From: Azolla caroliniana
Taxonomy: Eukaryota > Plantae > Polypodiophyta
Reading direction: 5' to 3'
Assembly: GCA_043228905.1 (NCBI GenBank)
Contig: JBHGNT010000001.1
Span: forward strand, 8,494,001 to 8,558,000
DNA: 64,000 bases
The notes under the pieces are model-generated. The model made no database searches. It saw only the letters and a list, made by a program, of their open reading frames with translations, and was not told the DNA's origin. Each line of letters starts with the position of its first letter. Position 1 is the stretch's first letter. Both the position numbers and the translations under genes were made by a program. Shown here piece by piece: positions 35,686-46,383 of this stretch.

Positions 35686-37732
35686 TTTCGGGCGTGTCAG
35701 CCCGAAACCCCAGAAATCGGAGAAGCAAGCCCAGGCGGGGCTTGCGCGATCGGTAAAAAGACGACCACCGACCACGAAGAGTCGGTGGCTACGGACAAGG
35801 GCGTAAAACGGACGGGCGATTCTTTGTGTCTTCCCACACTTGCTCCCGAGACGATGGCAGTCGGGCCCGAGTGCCCACGTGAGTCCCAACCGGAGGAAGG
35901 CGGCGGCGAAGGACCAAGAATCACCGGCGAGACAATACGGGGAAGGAACGGACGAAAGCCCACGGACCCAATTCCGGAGAACTCGGCGTTCGGGCCCGTA
36001 TGCCCATGTAAGACCGAGGAGATGGATGGCGGTACCGAGGAGTCCTGGCACGATGCCAACGAAGATGGATGGGGAGAAAGACCGACCAGGCGAAGGTCGG
36101 GAATTGAAAAGGAAGGTGATCAAAGGTTCGGAACGAGTCTGGCAAGATTGGCATCGGAGTCGAAACTCCGGACATTGGAGAATCAAGCTCAGGCGGGGCT
36201 TGATTGATCACAGAGCAGATGCTATCCACCGACACCACTAAAAGGGGCGGTGGCCCGGACGAGTTGCAAAAAGACGTTGCGAAATCGGTTACGCCACATC
36301 TTATCCGGAGACTTCGGCAGTTCGGCCGACGTGGCAACATGAGACCGAAAGAGATGGAGGATGGAGGCAAGTACGCGAGAAGGAGAGAAGCGACGAGTTC
36401 GGGAGAAGTACAAGGGATGAAGAGGAGAACGAAGTCCGGTCCTACAGGATCCCCACACCAGTCCGGAGGCCCCGGCAGTTCGGCCAACGTGGCAACGTGA
36501 GACCTAGGGAGAAGGCTGGTAGCGACAGGAGAACGGGACCCGACAATACGGAGAAGGACGGACGGACCCGGACGAGAACCGGGCGGAGTGGACTCCCGGA
36601 TGACCATTCCGGGAGGGAGGAAAAGAGCCGGCCTACGGAGAGGCTGAGGAGACGGTACGTCGGTACCACGGGAGAGGGTGCGGGGTAAACCGCCCTCTCG
36701 GCGTGCGGAAAAGGACGACCCGGGAGAGGGTCAGGAGGACAAATCGGAGGCCCAAGGAGGATCCTTCACACCGGTTCTAAAGACTTCGGCAGTCGGCAAC
36801 GCGGTGTCGTGAAGATTTCCGGCTATAGTGTGAAACCGGGGTGGAAGGGGCAAGTCGGTGGTGTGCAACATGTGCACATGTATACTAGGATATGGTGTAT
36901 AGAAAGAGAGGGGAAATTTTTGTCCCACATTGTAAGGTCCCTCCCTCCTTGGGCTATAAAAGGAGGGGAGGGGTCACTTATGAAGGGGTTGCCTATTTTG
37001 AGGGAGAGAGGCATACCACTTAGGTTGAGGGTTTCCTATTCGGTTTTAGGGTTTCGGTTAGGGTTTTCTTCTTGGGTTTTCCTTTAGGGTTTTCTTATAG
37101 TCGTTTGGTGCGGCCATGGCGGCCACCATTGTTGTAACCATTCGTTGTTTTAATATAACTTGTTGAACATCTTGCCTCCGCCGATCTCTCCTTCTATGTC
37201 GTGGTCTTATTCTTTCCTCTTCTCCTCTTGAGCTAAGCCTCCATATCGTGTCCTCTTCTTTCTCCTCCACTCCATAGTCCGAGACCCCGGTGTCAGGAAT
37301 AGTACTAAAATAGAGATGGAATTAGTACTAAGAACAGCAGTACTATTAGTACTAAGAGGACGGGACTGCGTAAGATTCCCGAGAGAGAAAGTGAGAAGAG
37401 GAGAGAGAGAGAGATAGCGAGAATGAGAGAGATGATGACAGCAGCTATATATTATGTGAAAAGATAAGTACAAGCGGCTAAGAGGCTTAAGACTGGCGTT
37501 GAACCAATTTGGTTCAAAACAATGCCTTGTGCCTCCTTTTATAGTGTTTTTAGGAATAATCTTGAAGCTTCTAGAATGTTCCAGAGAGATCTGGAATATA
37601 CATCAATTTTCTATGATAAAGTATAAATGAAAATAATATCCTACAAAATACAATTCCTAATCTAATGGTAAGAGCTCGACCCATGTAGCATAAAGTCATG
37701 GGTTCGAGTCTTGCCATGACACTATCTCCCCC

Positions 37733-40700
37733 TTAAAGACGACGAGTGGAACGAGTCGGCGCTAACTGCGGACCGGGTTTGTCCGGATACTTTCGGTGGA
37801 AATCAGCAAGAAGATCTTGTGCATTGGCAACATTCTCGACGGGTTCCCAAGTATGTTCGCTCGGACTATAACCGAGCCAATCGACCAAGTAATAAAGTTT
37901 GTTGCGAACAAGTTTGGAATCGAGGATGGTAGCAACTTCATACTCCGGGCCATCGTCCAACTCCAGCGGGGGCGGCGGTGGTGTCACACGATCGGGAATG
38001 GTGTTTGCTTTATAAGGTTCAAGAAGAGAACAATGGAAAACCGGATGTATCTGAAGCTGCGGAGGGAGATCCAGGCGGAAGGTGACATCATTAATCTTCC
38101 CCGTAATACGGAAAGGACCGAGTCGTCGATAATCCAACTTGTCGCACGGTCGAGTAGTCTTGATGTGACGACGTAAGAGCCATACTCGATCTCCGATGGC
38201 AAAAGAGGAGGGAATCCGATGACGATCCGCATAAGTCTTCTGTGTGTGTTGAGCATGACGAAGGTGAGTAGAGAGATCCATCTGGATCTTGCGTAGCCTC
38301 TCCAAATGGTCCTCGGCACGAGGGTTGGTAGGTAGCTCCGGAGTGTCGATCACCGACCAGCGAGGATGGAAACCGGTATAAGCGAGAAATGGGGAGACCC
38401 GAGTCGAGGAGTGAATAGCATTATTATACGCAAACTCCGCAAAGTGGAGAATCTCGGCCCAATCGTCCTGTTGATAACTCAGGAAACACCGGAGATATTG
38501 CTCCAACGTTTGATTTGTTCGTTCCGCCTGTCCGTCAGTTTGAGGATGGTAGCCGGAGGAGAGGTTGCAGGAGACCTTGAGCATCCTGAAGAGATGCTGC
38601 CAAAATTTGGAGACAAATTGCGGGCCTCGGTCACTGATAATACTGTCTGGTAGGCCATGATGCCGAAATACCTCACGCATAACAAGAGCGGCGGTTTCCT
38701 CGCTAGTGATGGCTTTAGTACATGGCACAAAATGTGCCATCTTCGTATATCGATCGACGACGGTTAGGATAGCATCGAACCCCTTCGAGACCGGCAGATC
38801 TGTAATAAAATCAAGACAAATAGACTGCCATGGCTTACTTGGAATTGGTAAAGGTTCCAACAAGCCATATGGATGGTGTCGTGGCATCTTTGCTCGGCAG
38901 CAAGCATCACAGGTCCGAACATAGTCGTCGACAAAACGGCGCATGTGGGGCCACCAAAAAGATCGCTGCACTAACTCCAACGTCTTGGTACTACCGAAAT
39001 GTCCCGCCGTATGGGTGTCGTGACAATGTTGGACGATTTGAAGGCGACCGGAGCAATCGGGGACATATACGCGCTTTTTAAAGAATAACAAACCATCATG
39101 ATATTCGAATTGTCGGTAGTCAATACCTGGTTGTTGAGACTGAGAACTGGATGCCCGAGAAGTATCAATGTGCGCCAGGATGTCTTGAGCAAAACTATCC
39201 GTCTTCAAGGTTGCACGTATGTCATCGGTAATCCGTGAATCCATCGGGGTGTGAAAAATCCGCGTCGTGTGCAATCGTGTTGGTCCCAAGATTACTTGCT
39301 TTTGATTATCAAATGTTGCGTCACCAGGACGAGGTGCAAGATATGAACGCCGTGATAGTGCATCTGCTTTTCCTTGCTGCTTCCCCGGTCGATATGTGAT
39401 TTCGAAGTTGAAACGCGTGAGGAATTGCGCCCACCGAGCTTGCCGTCGATTTAGTACGCGAGCGTTCTGAAAATAAGCAAGATTTTTATGATCGCTAAGG
39501 ACAATGACCTGATGTGGAGAGCCCTCTAAGAAATGCCGCCATTGTACAAATGAATCCACGATGGCTAATAACTCCTTGTCATGTATTTCGTAGTTGATTT
39601 CTGCGACATTGAATTTGCGCGAATGGAAAGCCACCGGATGCAACTCTTCTTTATCGCCTTGTTGAGAAAGAATGCTACCGAGGGCGAAATCTGATGCGTC
39701 GGCCTCCATGATGAATGGTTTGCTTGTATCCACATGAGCTAGAATCGGTGCTGATGTAAAGGCTTTCTTAAGATGCCGAAAAGCCATATCTGCTTCGATG
39801 GACCAAAGAAATGCTTGGCCCTTCTTCGTAAGTTGTGTGAGAGGTAAAATAATCTTCGAGTAATCCTGTATAAACTTACGGTAGAAGTTAGCAAAGCCTA
39901 GAAAACATTGTACATCTCGTACCGATCGTGGAATTTGCCACTCTAGTACAGTTTGGATTTTAGCTGGATCCATGGCGATGCCCTTTGAGGAGATGACGTA
40001 GCCTAGAAATTCCACTTGCTTGCAGTCAAAGCTACATTTCTCTAGCTTGGCATAAAGACCATTCTCGCGGAGTCGCTTTAGTACTAATAGTACATGAGAA
40101 TCGTGCTCTTCCTGGGTCTTCGAATAAATCAACAGATCATCCAGATAAATGATCAAACAAATATCCAAGAGGTCTCTGAATATATCATTTGCCATGTGTT
40201 GGAAGACTGCGGGTGCATTGGTTAGGCCAAACGGCATAACAGTATACTCGAAATGCCCATACCGCGTGCGAAAAGCGGTCTTCCACTCATCTCCCGGTCG
40301 GATCCGCACGAGATTATACGCTCCTCGTAGGTCGATTTTAGTAAAAAACTTGGCACCATTAACTCGCTCTAAAAGACTTGATATAAGAGGAAGTGCATAC
40401 CTATTCCGGATGGTGACTTTATTCAATCCGCGGTAATCAACGACAAGACGAAGTGAGCCATCTTTCTTCTTGACAAAGAAGATGGGTGCACCGGCCGGAG
40501 ATTTCGAATGACGGATGAACCCGCTTGCCAAGTTCTCCTCTATGTAGGCTCGAAGGACTTCTAACTCGGTGGGTGACAAGTTGTAAATTGGTCCCCATGG
40601 TGGCTCGGTTCCTGGTTGTAAATCGATGGGACAGTCATAGGGACGGTGATGAGGAAGGGTACCGGCTTTTACCTTGTCAAATACATCGGCATAAGGATGA

Positions 40701-41305
40701 TATTTTGCCGGAAGTTGTATTGAGGAGTCCTTCTTAATAGTGCTAGAAGGATGTACTGATATGGCAAATAGGAACATTGCCTCCTTGGGTCCTTCTTCGC
40801 GTAGTTGATGGAGTGAAATGGTCGAAACTCGGTGAGTTGATTCTTGGGGTGGCCGATATCGGACTTCTCTTGTTCTCCAATCTATGGCTGGATTATGTAA
40901 TTCAAGCCAAGGTAATCCTAGGACAATGGGATGCTCTGGACTACTAATTATATTAAATGATATTATACACACAAAACTACCTAGGACAACTTGAATGGGT
41001 TCTGATTCTTCTACAATATTCCCGGAAGCAATGGGACGACCATCAATGACCACTACAGATGCGGGACAAGGAAGTTTTCTTAAGGATATCTGAGAAGCTT
41101 GGGCAAAATTTCGATCCATGAAACAGGAATTAGCTCCGGAATCTAAAAGTGCTAGGACGGGTACTGGGGGAGTATTTTTAGTACTAACAATGACTTGGGC
41201 TAGGAACACATTGCTAACTTGCTTGGAAGGAATGGAACCACTAATGGGCTGTACAGATCTAGGGCTGCTGTCCAACCAAATGGCTCCTATTTTGGCTGGA
41301 CTCAA
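37733..41305 (-). CDS. pol: Pol (PR-RT-RNase H-integrase-chromodomain) of element D
   Basis: ALLDSGA; YLDD; EADASDFALG; HHCC; GPF; chromodomain EYEVATILDSKLVRNKLYYLVDWLGYSPSEHTWEP. Confidence 0.97.
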   Translation of the reverse strand: MSPAKIGAIWLDSSPRSVQPISGSIPSKQVSNVFLAQVIVSTKNTPPVPVLALLDSGANSCFMDRNFAQASQISLRKLPCPASVVVIDGRPIASGNIVEESEPIQVVLGSFVCIISFNIISSPEHPIVLGLPWLELHNPAIDWRTREVRYRPPQESTHRVSTISLHQLREEGPKEAMFLFAISVHPSSTIKKDSSIQLPAKYHPYADVFDKVKAGTLPHHRPYDCPIDLQPGTEPPWGPIYNLSPTELEVLRAYIEENLASGFIRHSKSPAGAPIFFVKKKDGSLRLVVDYRGLNKVTIRNRYALPLISSLLERVNGAKFFTKIDLRGAYNLVRIRPGDEWKTAFRTRYGHFEYTVMPFGLTNAPAVFQHMANDIFRDLLDICLIIYLDDLLIYSKTQEEHDSHVLLVLKRLRENGLYAKLEKCSFDCKQVEFLGYVISSKGIAMDPAKIQTVLEWQIPRSVRDVQCFLGFANFYRKFIQDYSKIILPLTQLTKKGQAFLWSIEADMAFRHLKKAFTSAPILAHVDTSKPFIMEADASDFALGSILSQQGDKEELHPVAFHSRKFNVAEINYEIHDKELLAIVDSFVQWRHFLEGSPHQVIVLSDHKNLAYFQNARVLNRRQARWAQFLTRFNFEITYRPGKQQGKADALSRRSYLAPRPGDATFDNQKQVILGPTRLHTTRIFHTPMDSRITDDIRATLKTDSFAQDILAHIDTSRASSSQSQQPGIDYRQFEYHDGLLFFKKRVYVPDCSGRLQIVQHCHDTHTAGHFGSTKTLELVQRSFWWPHMRRFVDDYVRTCDACCRAKMPRHHPYGLLEPLPIPSKPWQSICLDFITDLPVSKGFDAILTVVDRYTKMAHFVPCTKAITSEETAALVMREVFRHHGLPDSIISDRGPQFVSKFWQHLFRMLKVSCNLSSGYHPQTDGQAERTNQTLEQYLRCFLSYQQDDWAEILHFAEFAYNNAIHSSTRVSPFLAYTGFHPRWSVIDTPELPTNPRAEDHLERLRKIQMDLSTHLRHAQHTQKTYADRHRIPSSFAIGDRVWLLRRHIKTTRPCDKLDYRRLGPFRITGKINDVTFRLDLPPQLQIHPVFHCSLLEPYKANTIPDRVTPPPPPLELDDGPEYEVATILDSKLVRNKLYYLVDWLGYSPSEHTWEPVENVANAQDLLADFHRKYPDKPGPQLAPTRSTRRL

Positions 41306-42459
41306 TCGTTTAACTCTTCATCTAATTGACTAAGGATTTCAAATTTATTTGAGATACTTGGGCTATTGGTACTATGAATACTATCTGACACTCTATTAGT
41401 ACTATTAATACTATCAGACACTCCAAAGGGAAGAATTGACTCGGGTTTAGTACAGGCGACGATTTGATTTACCTGTCTTCTTGGCCTATGGGGACAATTG
41501 ATGGCGATATGTCCTGGTCCACCGCAATAAAGACATAATCGATTGGCACGTCGTCGTTGCTTTTCTTCTTCCGATAACGGGCCGCGTCGACGCATGGTAT
41601 CGATCTCCATCGGTGTCGAAGTATTTGCTTGAGGTGTGTCTCGTGCAAACGGTTTAGCCGCGACTGCGGCGTAAGTGGGCTCTGGCCTAGAGCGTGGTAT
41701 CTGTAATTGACGTTCTGAACGCCGTTCAAAAAGGCGGTTGTCACATCGAACTGCTCGACTGATTGCCTCCGTAAGAGACTTTGGTTCTTCGGGGAAAGTT
41801 AGAAGTAGATCTTTGACATCGTTTCGCAAGCCATAGCGAAACTGCTCCATTAGTGCTTGATCATCCCAGGGTATATCTGAAGCAAGTAGGCGGAAATCCG
41901 CCGCGTAGGCAGAGGCTGGACGATCGCCTTGACGCAATCGCCGAATCTTGTTGATCGCCGTCCTGATGCTGTCGGTGTCTCCAAAGCAGGCTTTAAACTC
42001 ACCAATAAAATCTTCAAAGTTATTAAGTAAGGGTGATTGTTTTTCTAGAAGCGGAGCAAACCATGCCAAGGCTGAGCCGCTAAGTAGCGTGCCTACTAGG
42101 CCGACTCGAGATGCATCAGTGGGATATCGGGAAGGATGCATCTGGATGACTAAGCATACCTGATTAAGGAATCCCCGGAATTGCGAACGCGTTCCATCAA
42201 ATTTCACAGGAAGTCCAATCTTGGGCTCTTTATGAAATCCTTGGGGACTGGATCCTTGTTGTTGCAACGCTGCTTCGAGTTGTTGTACCCGTAACGCTAA
42301 CTCCCCATGTTGTTGTTGCGTTTGTTGTTTTTCTAGAGCGATTTGTTGCAGATCCCCTATCAGCCGTTGGTTTTCTTGTTCCAGGGCAACAAACTTTTCT
42401 TTTAGGCACTGTAGCTCGGAGAAAACGGATTGGTATTCTTGGGCGCTAACAGTAGCCAT
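41302..42459 (-). CDS. gag: Gag of element D
   Basis: Coiled-coil-like N-terminus; capsid-like KFDGTRSQFRGFLNQ...LRQG; CCHC knuckle CLYCGGPGHIAINC. Confidence 0.96.
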   Translation of the reverse strand: MATVSAQEYQSVFSELQCLKEKFVALEQENQRLIGDLQQIALEKQQTQQQHGELALRVQQLEAALQQQGSSPQGFHKEPKIGLPVKFDGTRSQFRGFLNQVCLVIQMHPSRYPTDASRVGLVGTLLSGSALAWFAPLLEKQSPLLNNFEDFIGEFKACFGDTDSIRTAINKIRRLRQGDRPASAYAADFRLLASDIPWDDQALMEQFRYGLRNDVKDLLLTFPEEPKSLTEAISRAVRCDNRLFERRSERQLQIPRSRPEPTYAAVAAKPFARDTPQANTSTPMEIDTMRRRGPLSEEEKQRRRANRLCLYCGGPGHIAINCPHRPRRQVNQIVACTKPESILPFGVSDSINSTNRVSDSIHSTNSPSISNKFEILSQLDEELND

Positions 42460-42513
42460 AGTATAAGGAAAAGGGTAGGAGGATGAGGGAGAGTGACAAG
42501 TAGGCTAGAGGAA

Positions 42514-42525
42514 AAATTGGTTCAA
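42514..42525 (-). promoter_or_regulatory. Self-priming PBS of element D
   Basis: TTGAACCAATTT 2 nt after the LTR, complementary to AAATTGGTTCAA (42736-42747), which starts 33 nt after the first base of TATAAAA in the LTR. Confidence 0.85.
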
Positions 42526-43041
42526 ACTGTCAGGAATAGTACTAAAACAGAGATGGAATTAGTACTAAGAACAGCAGTACTAGTAGTACTAAGAGGACGG
42601 GACTGCGTAAGATTCCCGAGAGAGAAAGTGAGAAGAGGAGAGAGAGAGAGATAGCGAGAATGAGAGAGATGATGACAGCAGCTATATATTATGTGAAAAG
42701 ATAAGTACAAGCGGCTAAGAGGCTTAAGACTGGCGTTGAACCAATTTGGTTCAAAACAATGCCTTGTGCCTCCTTTTATAGTGTTTTTAGGAATAATCTT
42801 GAAGCTTCTAGAATGTTCCAGAGAGATCTGGAATATACATCAATTTTCTATGATAAAGTATAAATGAAAATAATATCCTACAAAATACAATTCCTAATCT
42901 AATGGTAAGAGCTCGACCCATGTAGCATAAAGTCATGGGTTCGAGTCTTGCCATGACACCCGGTGGTCCCACCCTTCTACACGTAAGCGCGCAACAACGC
43001 GACATCTTTGGTGAACCCGACGTGAAGGGCGGCAAGGGAGC

Positions 43042-46000
43042 ATGGAGATGGAAGAAGACTTGAACTTCGAGGAGATGATGGCAAAAATCGTGATGGAAGC
43101 CGGACAGAAGATGGCGAAGCGAGATGCGGCTCAACAAGCCGTCGAAAGGGTGGTCGATTGAGTCGGCCGATTCAAGGGGGACGATGTCCCGAGGTTCTTG
43201 GAAGCGTACGATGCCGAGATGGCGAAAGGGGGCGTGGACGAGGAGATGCGGCTAGAGTATTTTCCTCGAGTGGCGGCCGCATCGGTGCACAAGGAGGTCA
43301 AGGAGCTACGAGAAGCTCACGAGTCGTGGGTGTCCTTGAAGGTAGCCCTATTGGAAGCATGCGGATACGTGAAACCGGAGTGGGTATGCCGGCAACCCGA
43401 TGGGGAGCGGTCGGGAACAACGTGGCCCGCGAGCGGCAGAGAAGAGAGAGCAGCGAGTGAGTACGCACTACCGCCGGAAGAGAGCTCAATGCAAAACGGT
43501 TCGGAGAAGCTCGACCTAGAAGCGCTAATACGAGAGGCATGCGAGCTTGTGAAGGCGAAAATCAGAGCCGAAGAAGGGCTTGTTATGGAGACGGGCCGGA
43601 GGTGATCGGAGGATGCGGAGGAAGAAGCCTCCCTAGACGTAGAAGACGGGGCCTATACGGAGGCCGGGAGAGCGTACTACGGCGAGATAAGAGAGGGTGC
43701 GGAGCAAGCGACCCTCTTGCCTTGCGGTGAAGGGACGGCCATGGAGGCCGGTAACTACGGATTCGGGACATGGCGGCCCGAAACATCAAGTGAGGAGCGG
43801 ACAAGCGGCGGTGCTGCGACCTTACACACACCGGTCCTAGAGACTCCGGCATCCGGCCCAAGAGCCGATGTGAGACCTAGAGTGACGGACGGTGGCGGCG
43901 GCAAGGCGGGCAACCGAGACAACGGCATGGGAGAGATGGTGGCAAGCGTAATCGAGGTTTGCGGAATCGGAGATGGGGTAGCCGCGGACAACGACGACTG
44001 GACGAAAGCGGTTACTGACACGAGTGGCGGTGCCGGCTCCTTACCCACACCGGTCCTAGAGGCTCCGGCGGCCGGCCCGAGTGCCGGTGTGAGACCTAGA
44101 GCGACGGGCGGTGGTGGCGGCAAGGCGGCCTACCACGGCGACGAAGAGAACGAGGAAGAGATAGCCACGGACCACGGCGTCCGAACGAAGGTGGCTACGA
44201 ACATGGCATCGGCGAGTAACGGTATCGGGACTTTTCCCACACCTATTCAAGAGACTTCGGCAGTCGGCCCTGAGAGCCCACGTGAGACCGGAGAGACGGA
44301 AGGTGGCGGCGGCAAAGCGGACGATCGAAACGACAACGAGGAAGGTCATAGCGGACAGAGGCAAGACCTCTCGACACCGAGACCGGAGACTACGACGGTT
44401 GCGCTCGAATGCCAACATAAGACCGGAGAGAAGGGCGGTGGCCGTGAGGAGGTGTGGCCCGGAGCGAACACGTACGAAGATGAGGACGCCAGGCCCGGAA
44501 CGGGCATATACGAGAGGACCGACGGAGAGGTCGGGAGCGGCAAAGAGGAGACAGTCGAGAACCGACCCGACCGGAAGATGGACCGGTCGATAATCCGACA
44601 TGACCGGAAGACGACGCGGAAGAACATTGGAGCGGGGTCTGGTCAACCGGGCCTGAACCGAAGAAGAGCTGGCAAGGTCGGATTTGTTCGGAGAAACATC
44701 TACCAGCCGGTTACAATTACGGAAGGGAGCCGACCTAACCGGAACTCGATCGGCCGAGACCGATCCGGGCGAAGGCTAAGTTGGCACGGTTGGAGGTCGA
44801 GGCGAACGGGCCACAACACCCGGTGGGAGCCGGTGAGCGCGAGAAGGAAGCTAACCGGGCACGGTGATTACAGCTTGGCAGAAGACCGAGAGCGAGAGGA
44901 GCCCTCCACATCTATCCTTGAGACTTCGGCGGTTGCGGATCAACATAAGACCGGAGATACGACGGGTGGCGGCGAGGAGTCGGAGACCGGAACTGACGAG
45001 GCCACTAGAACGGGTACCCGGTGCGTGAAGACGGATGAGCACGGACAAGACGGCAAGCCGGAGTTGAAAGGGGCTACGGCAAGAAAGGACGAAGAAACCG
45101 ACGCGGAGGTCGGGTCTATGACGGATGAGGCGCGTAATACGAAGTATGCACTACGGCGTAAAACGGAGCATGCACTACGGCCAGTGAAGGACCAAGAAGT
45201 AAGCATGCACCCGGAAGAGCGGCAACGAGTGACCGACAACGGTGGACCGGTCGAGCCTTTGAGAGACAAGCACGCGGCGAGAGACGAAGCCGTAAGGTGC
45301 CGAGATCGGCGGATGGGTGGCGAGAGCGAAGGATGGTGCACGGAGAACAACGGGTTACGCACCGGGAAGAGAAAACGCAGCAGCTTCCCGGAGGACATAC
45401 AAGGCCAAGCGGGCCAAGAGGGCGCAAGCCGAGGCGAGGCGGTAACGAGAGCCTCGAGGGACACCGACACGGAGGTCGGGAGGACGGTACGCTCTACGGT
45501 GAGAGAGCACGACGGTCAAAGGAGAGGCAAGGAACGCGGAATGGGGTCGCCTAAGGGCCAAAGAATGAGCGCATATTCGGGGGACAACATCAACGCATGA
45601 GAAGAGCCCATGGAAGGCAAGCACGGAGCAGGAAGAGTCGACACGCCGAGGAGTTCGGCATGCGGAGACGATAAAACCAAAGGAGGAACATACGCGGCAC
45701 GAAAAAGGCGGAATCCGGAGTACGATCGGAGAGTTCAAGAGCGCACCCGGAGGACATACGAGCCTTTGCGAGGAATGCGCGCGGCGAGAGATGGAGCGGT
45801 GAGGTGCCGGTATCGGCGGATGATCGACGAGCGTGAAAGGCTATGTCTTGAGAACCGGAGGAGGTGCGTGGAGAGAAACGGGCTACGCGCCGGGAAGAGG
45901 AAGCACGGCTTCCCGGAAGGCATGCGAGGCCAAGCGGGCCAAGAGGGCGAGAGTCGGGATGAAGCGGTAACGGGAGTCGCGAAGGACATTGACATGGTGG

Positions 46001-46383
46001 TCGGGATGACGGTACGCTCTACGGCAAGAGAGCACGACGAGCAAGGGAGAAGCAAGGAGCGCGTAATGGGGTCACGTAAGGACCGAAGAACGAGCACGCA
46101 TTCGATGGACGACAACGACGCACGGAAAGTGCCTACGGAAGCCGAGTGCAGAACGAAGGGAGTCGGTACGAGGTGTTCGGGGCGAGGAGAAGGTCGAGCC
46201 GGAGGTGGAACACACGCGATACGCGAGGAGCGGCACCCGACGAGCAATCGAAGTAATCGGGGGTCTAACCGGAGGACATGCGCGGTGAGCGAAGGAAGGG
46301 AGACCGGATCGGCAACGGTGTTCGGGATGGCCGGTCGAAGAAGAAGGTGCATGCGCCGGACATGGCGGATCGGATGGAGCTGA
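43042..46383 (+). pseudogene. Single long reading frame in element C: truncated Gag fused to a low-complexity repeat tail; three in-frame TGA stops
   Basis: ORFs starting at 43198, 43717 and 45610 are all in frame with ATG 43042; stops at 43159, 43603 and 45598. Confidence 0.65.
45180..46140. repeat. Diverged direct duplication, period about 507 bp
   Basis: GAGCCTTTG.GAG..A.GC.CGCGGCGAGAGA at about 45253 and 45760; GGCCAAGCGGGCCAAGAGGGCG present in both units. Confidence 0.8.

Larger units (their letters stand above)
37291..42958 (-). mobile_element. Intact Tcn1-like chromovirus (Ty3/gypsy) element D
   Basis: 431-bp LTRs at 37291-37721 and 42528-42958 with 2 differences seen; 5-bp TSD CCCGG; PPT AAGGGGGAGATAG; intact gag and pol. 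Confidence 0.97.

Noticed and set aside
37651-37721. Functional tRNA gene in the LTR
   Set aside because: A- and B-boxes are present but there is no acceptor stem or anticodon arm; kept only as a tRNA-like module
44990-45070. Hammerhead ribozyme (retrozyme) core at CTGACGAG
   Set aside because: No stem II closing onto GAAA; no hammerhead core noticed by eye in the LTRs of B or C
45610-46383. env-like gene between gag and the 3' LTR of C
   Set aside because: Highly charged, with no signal peptide or transmembrane segment
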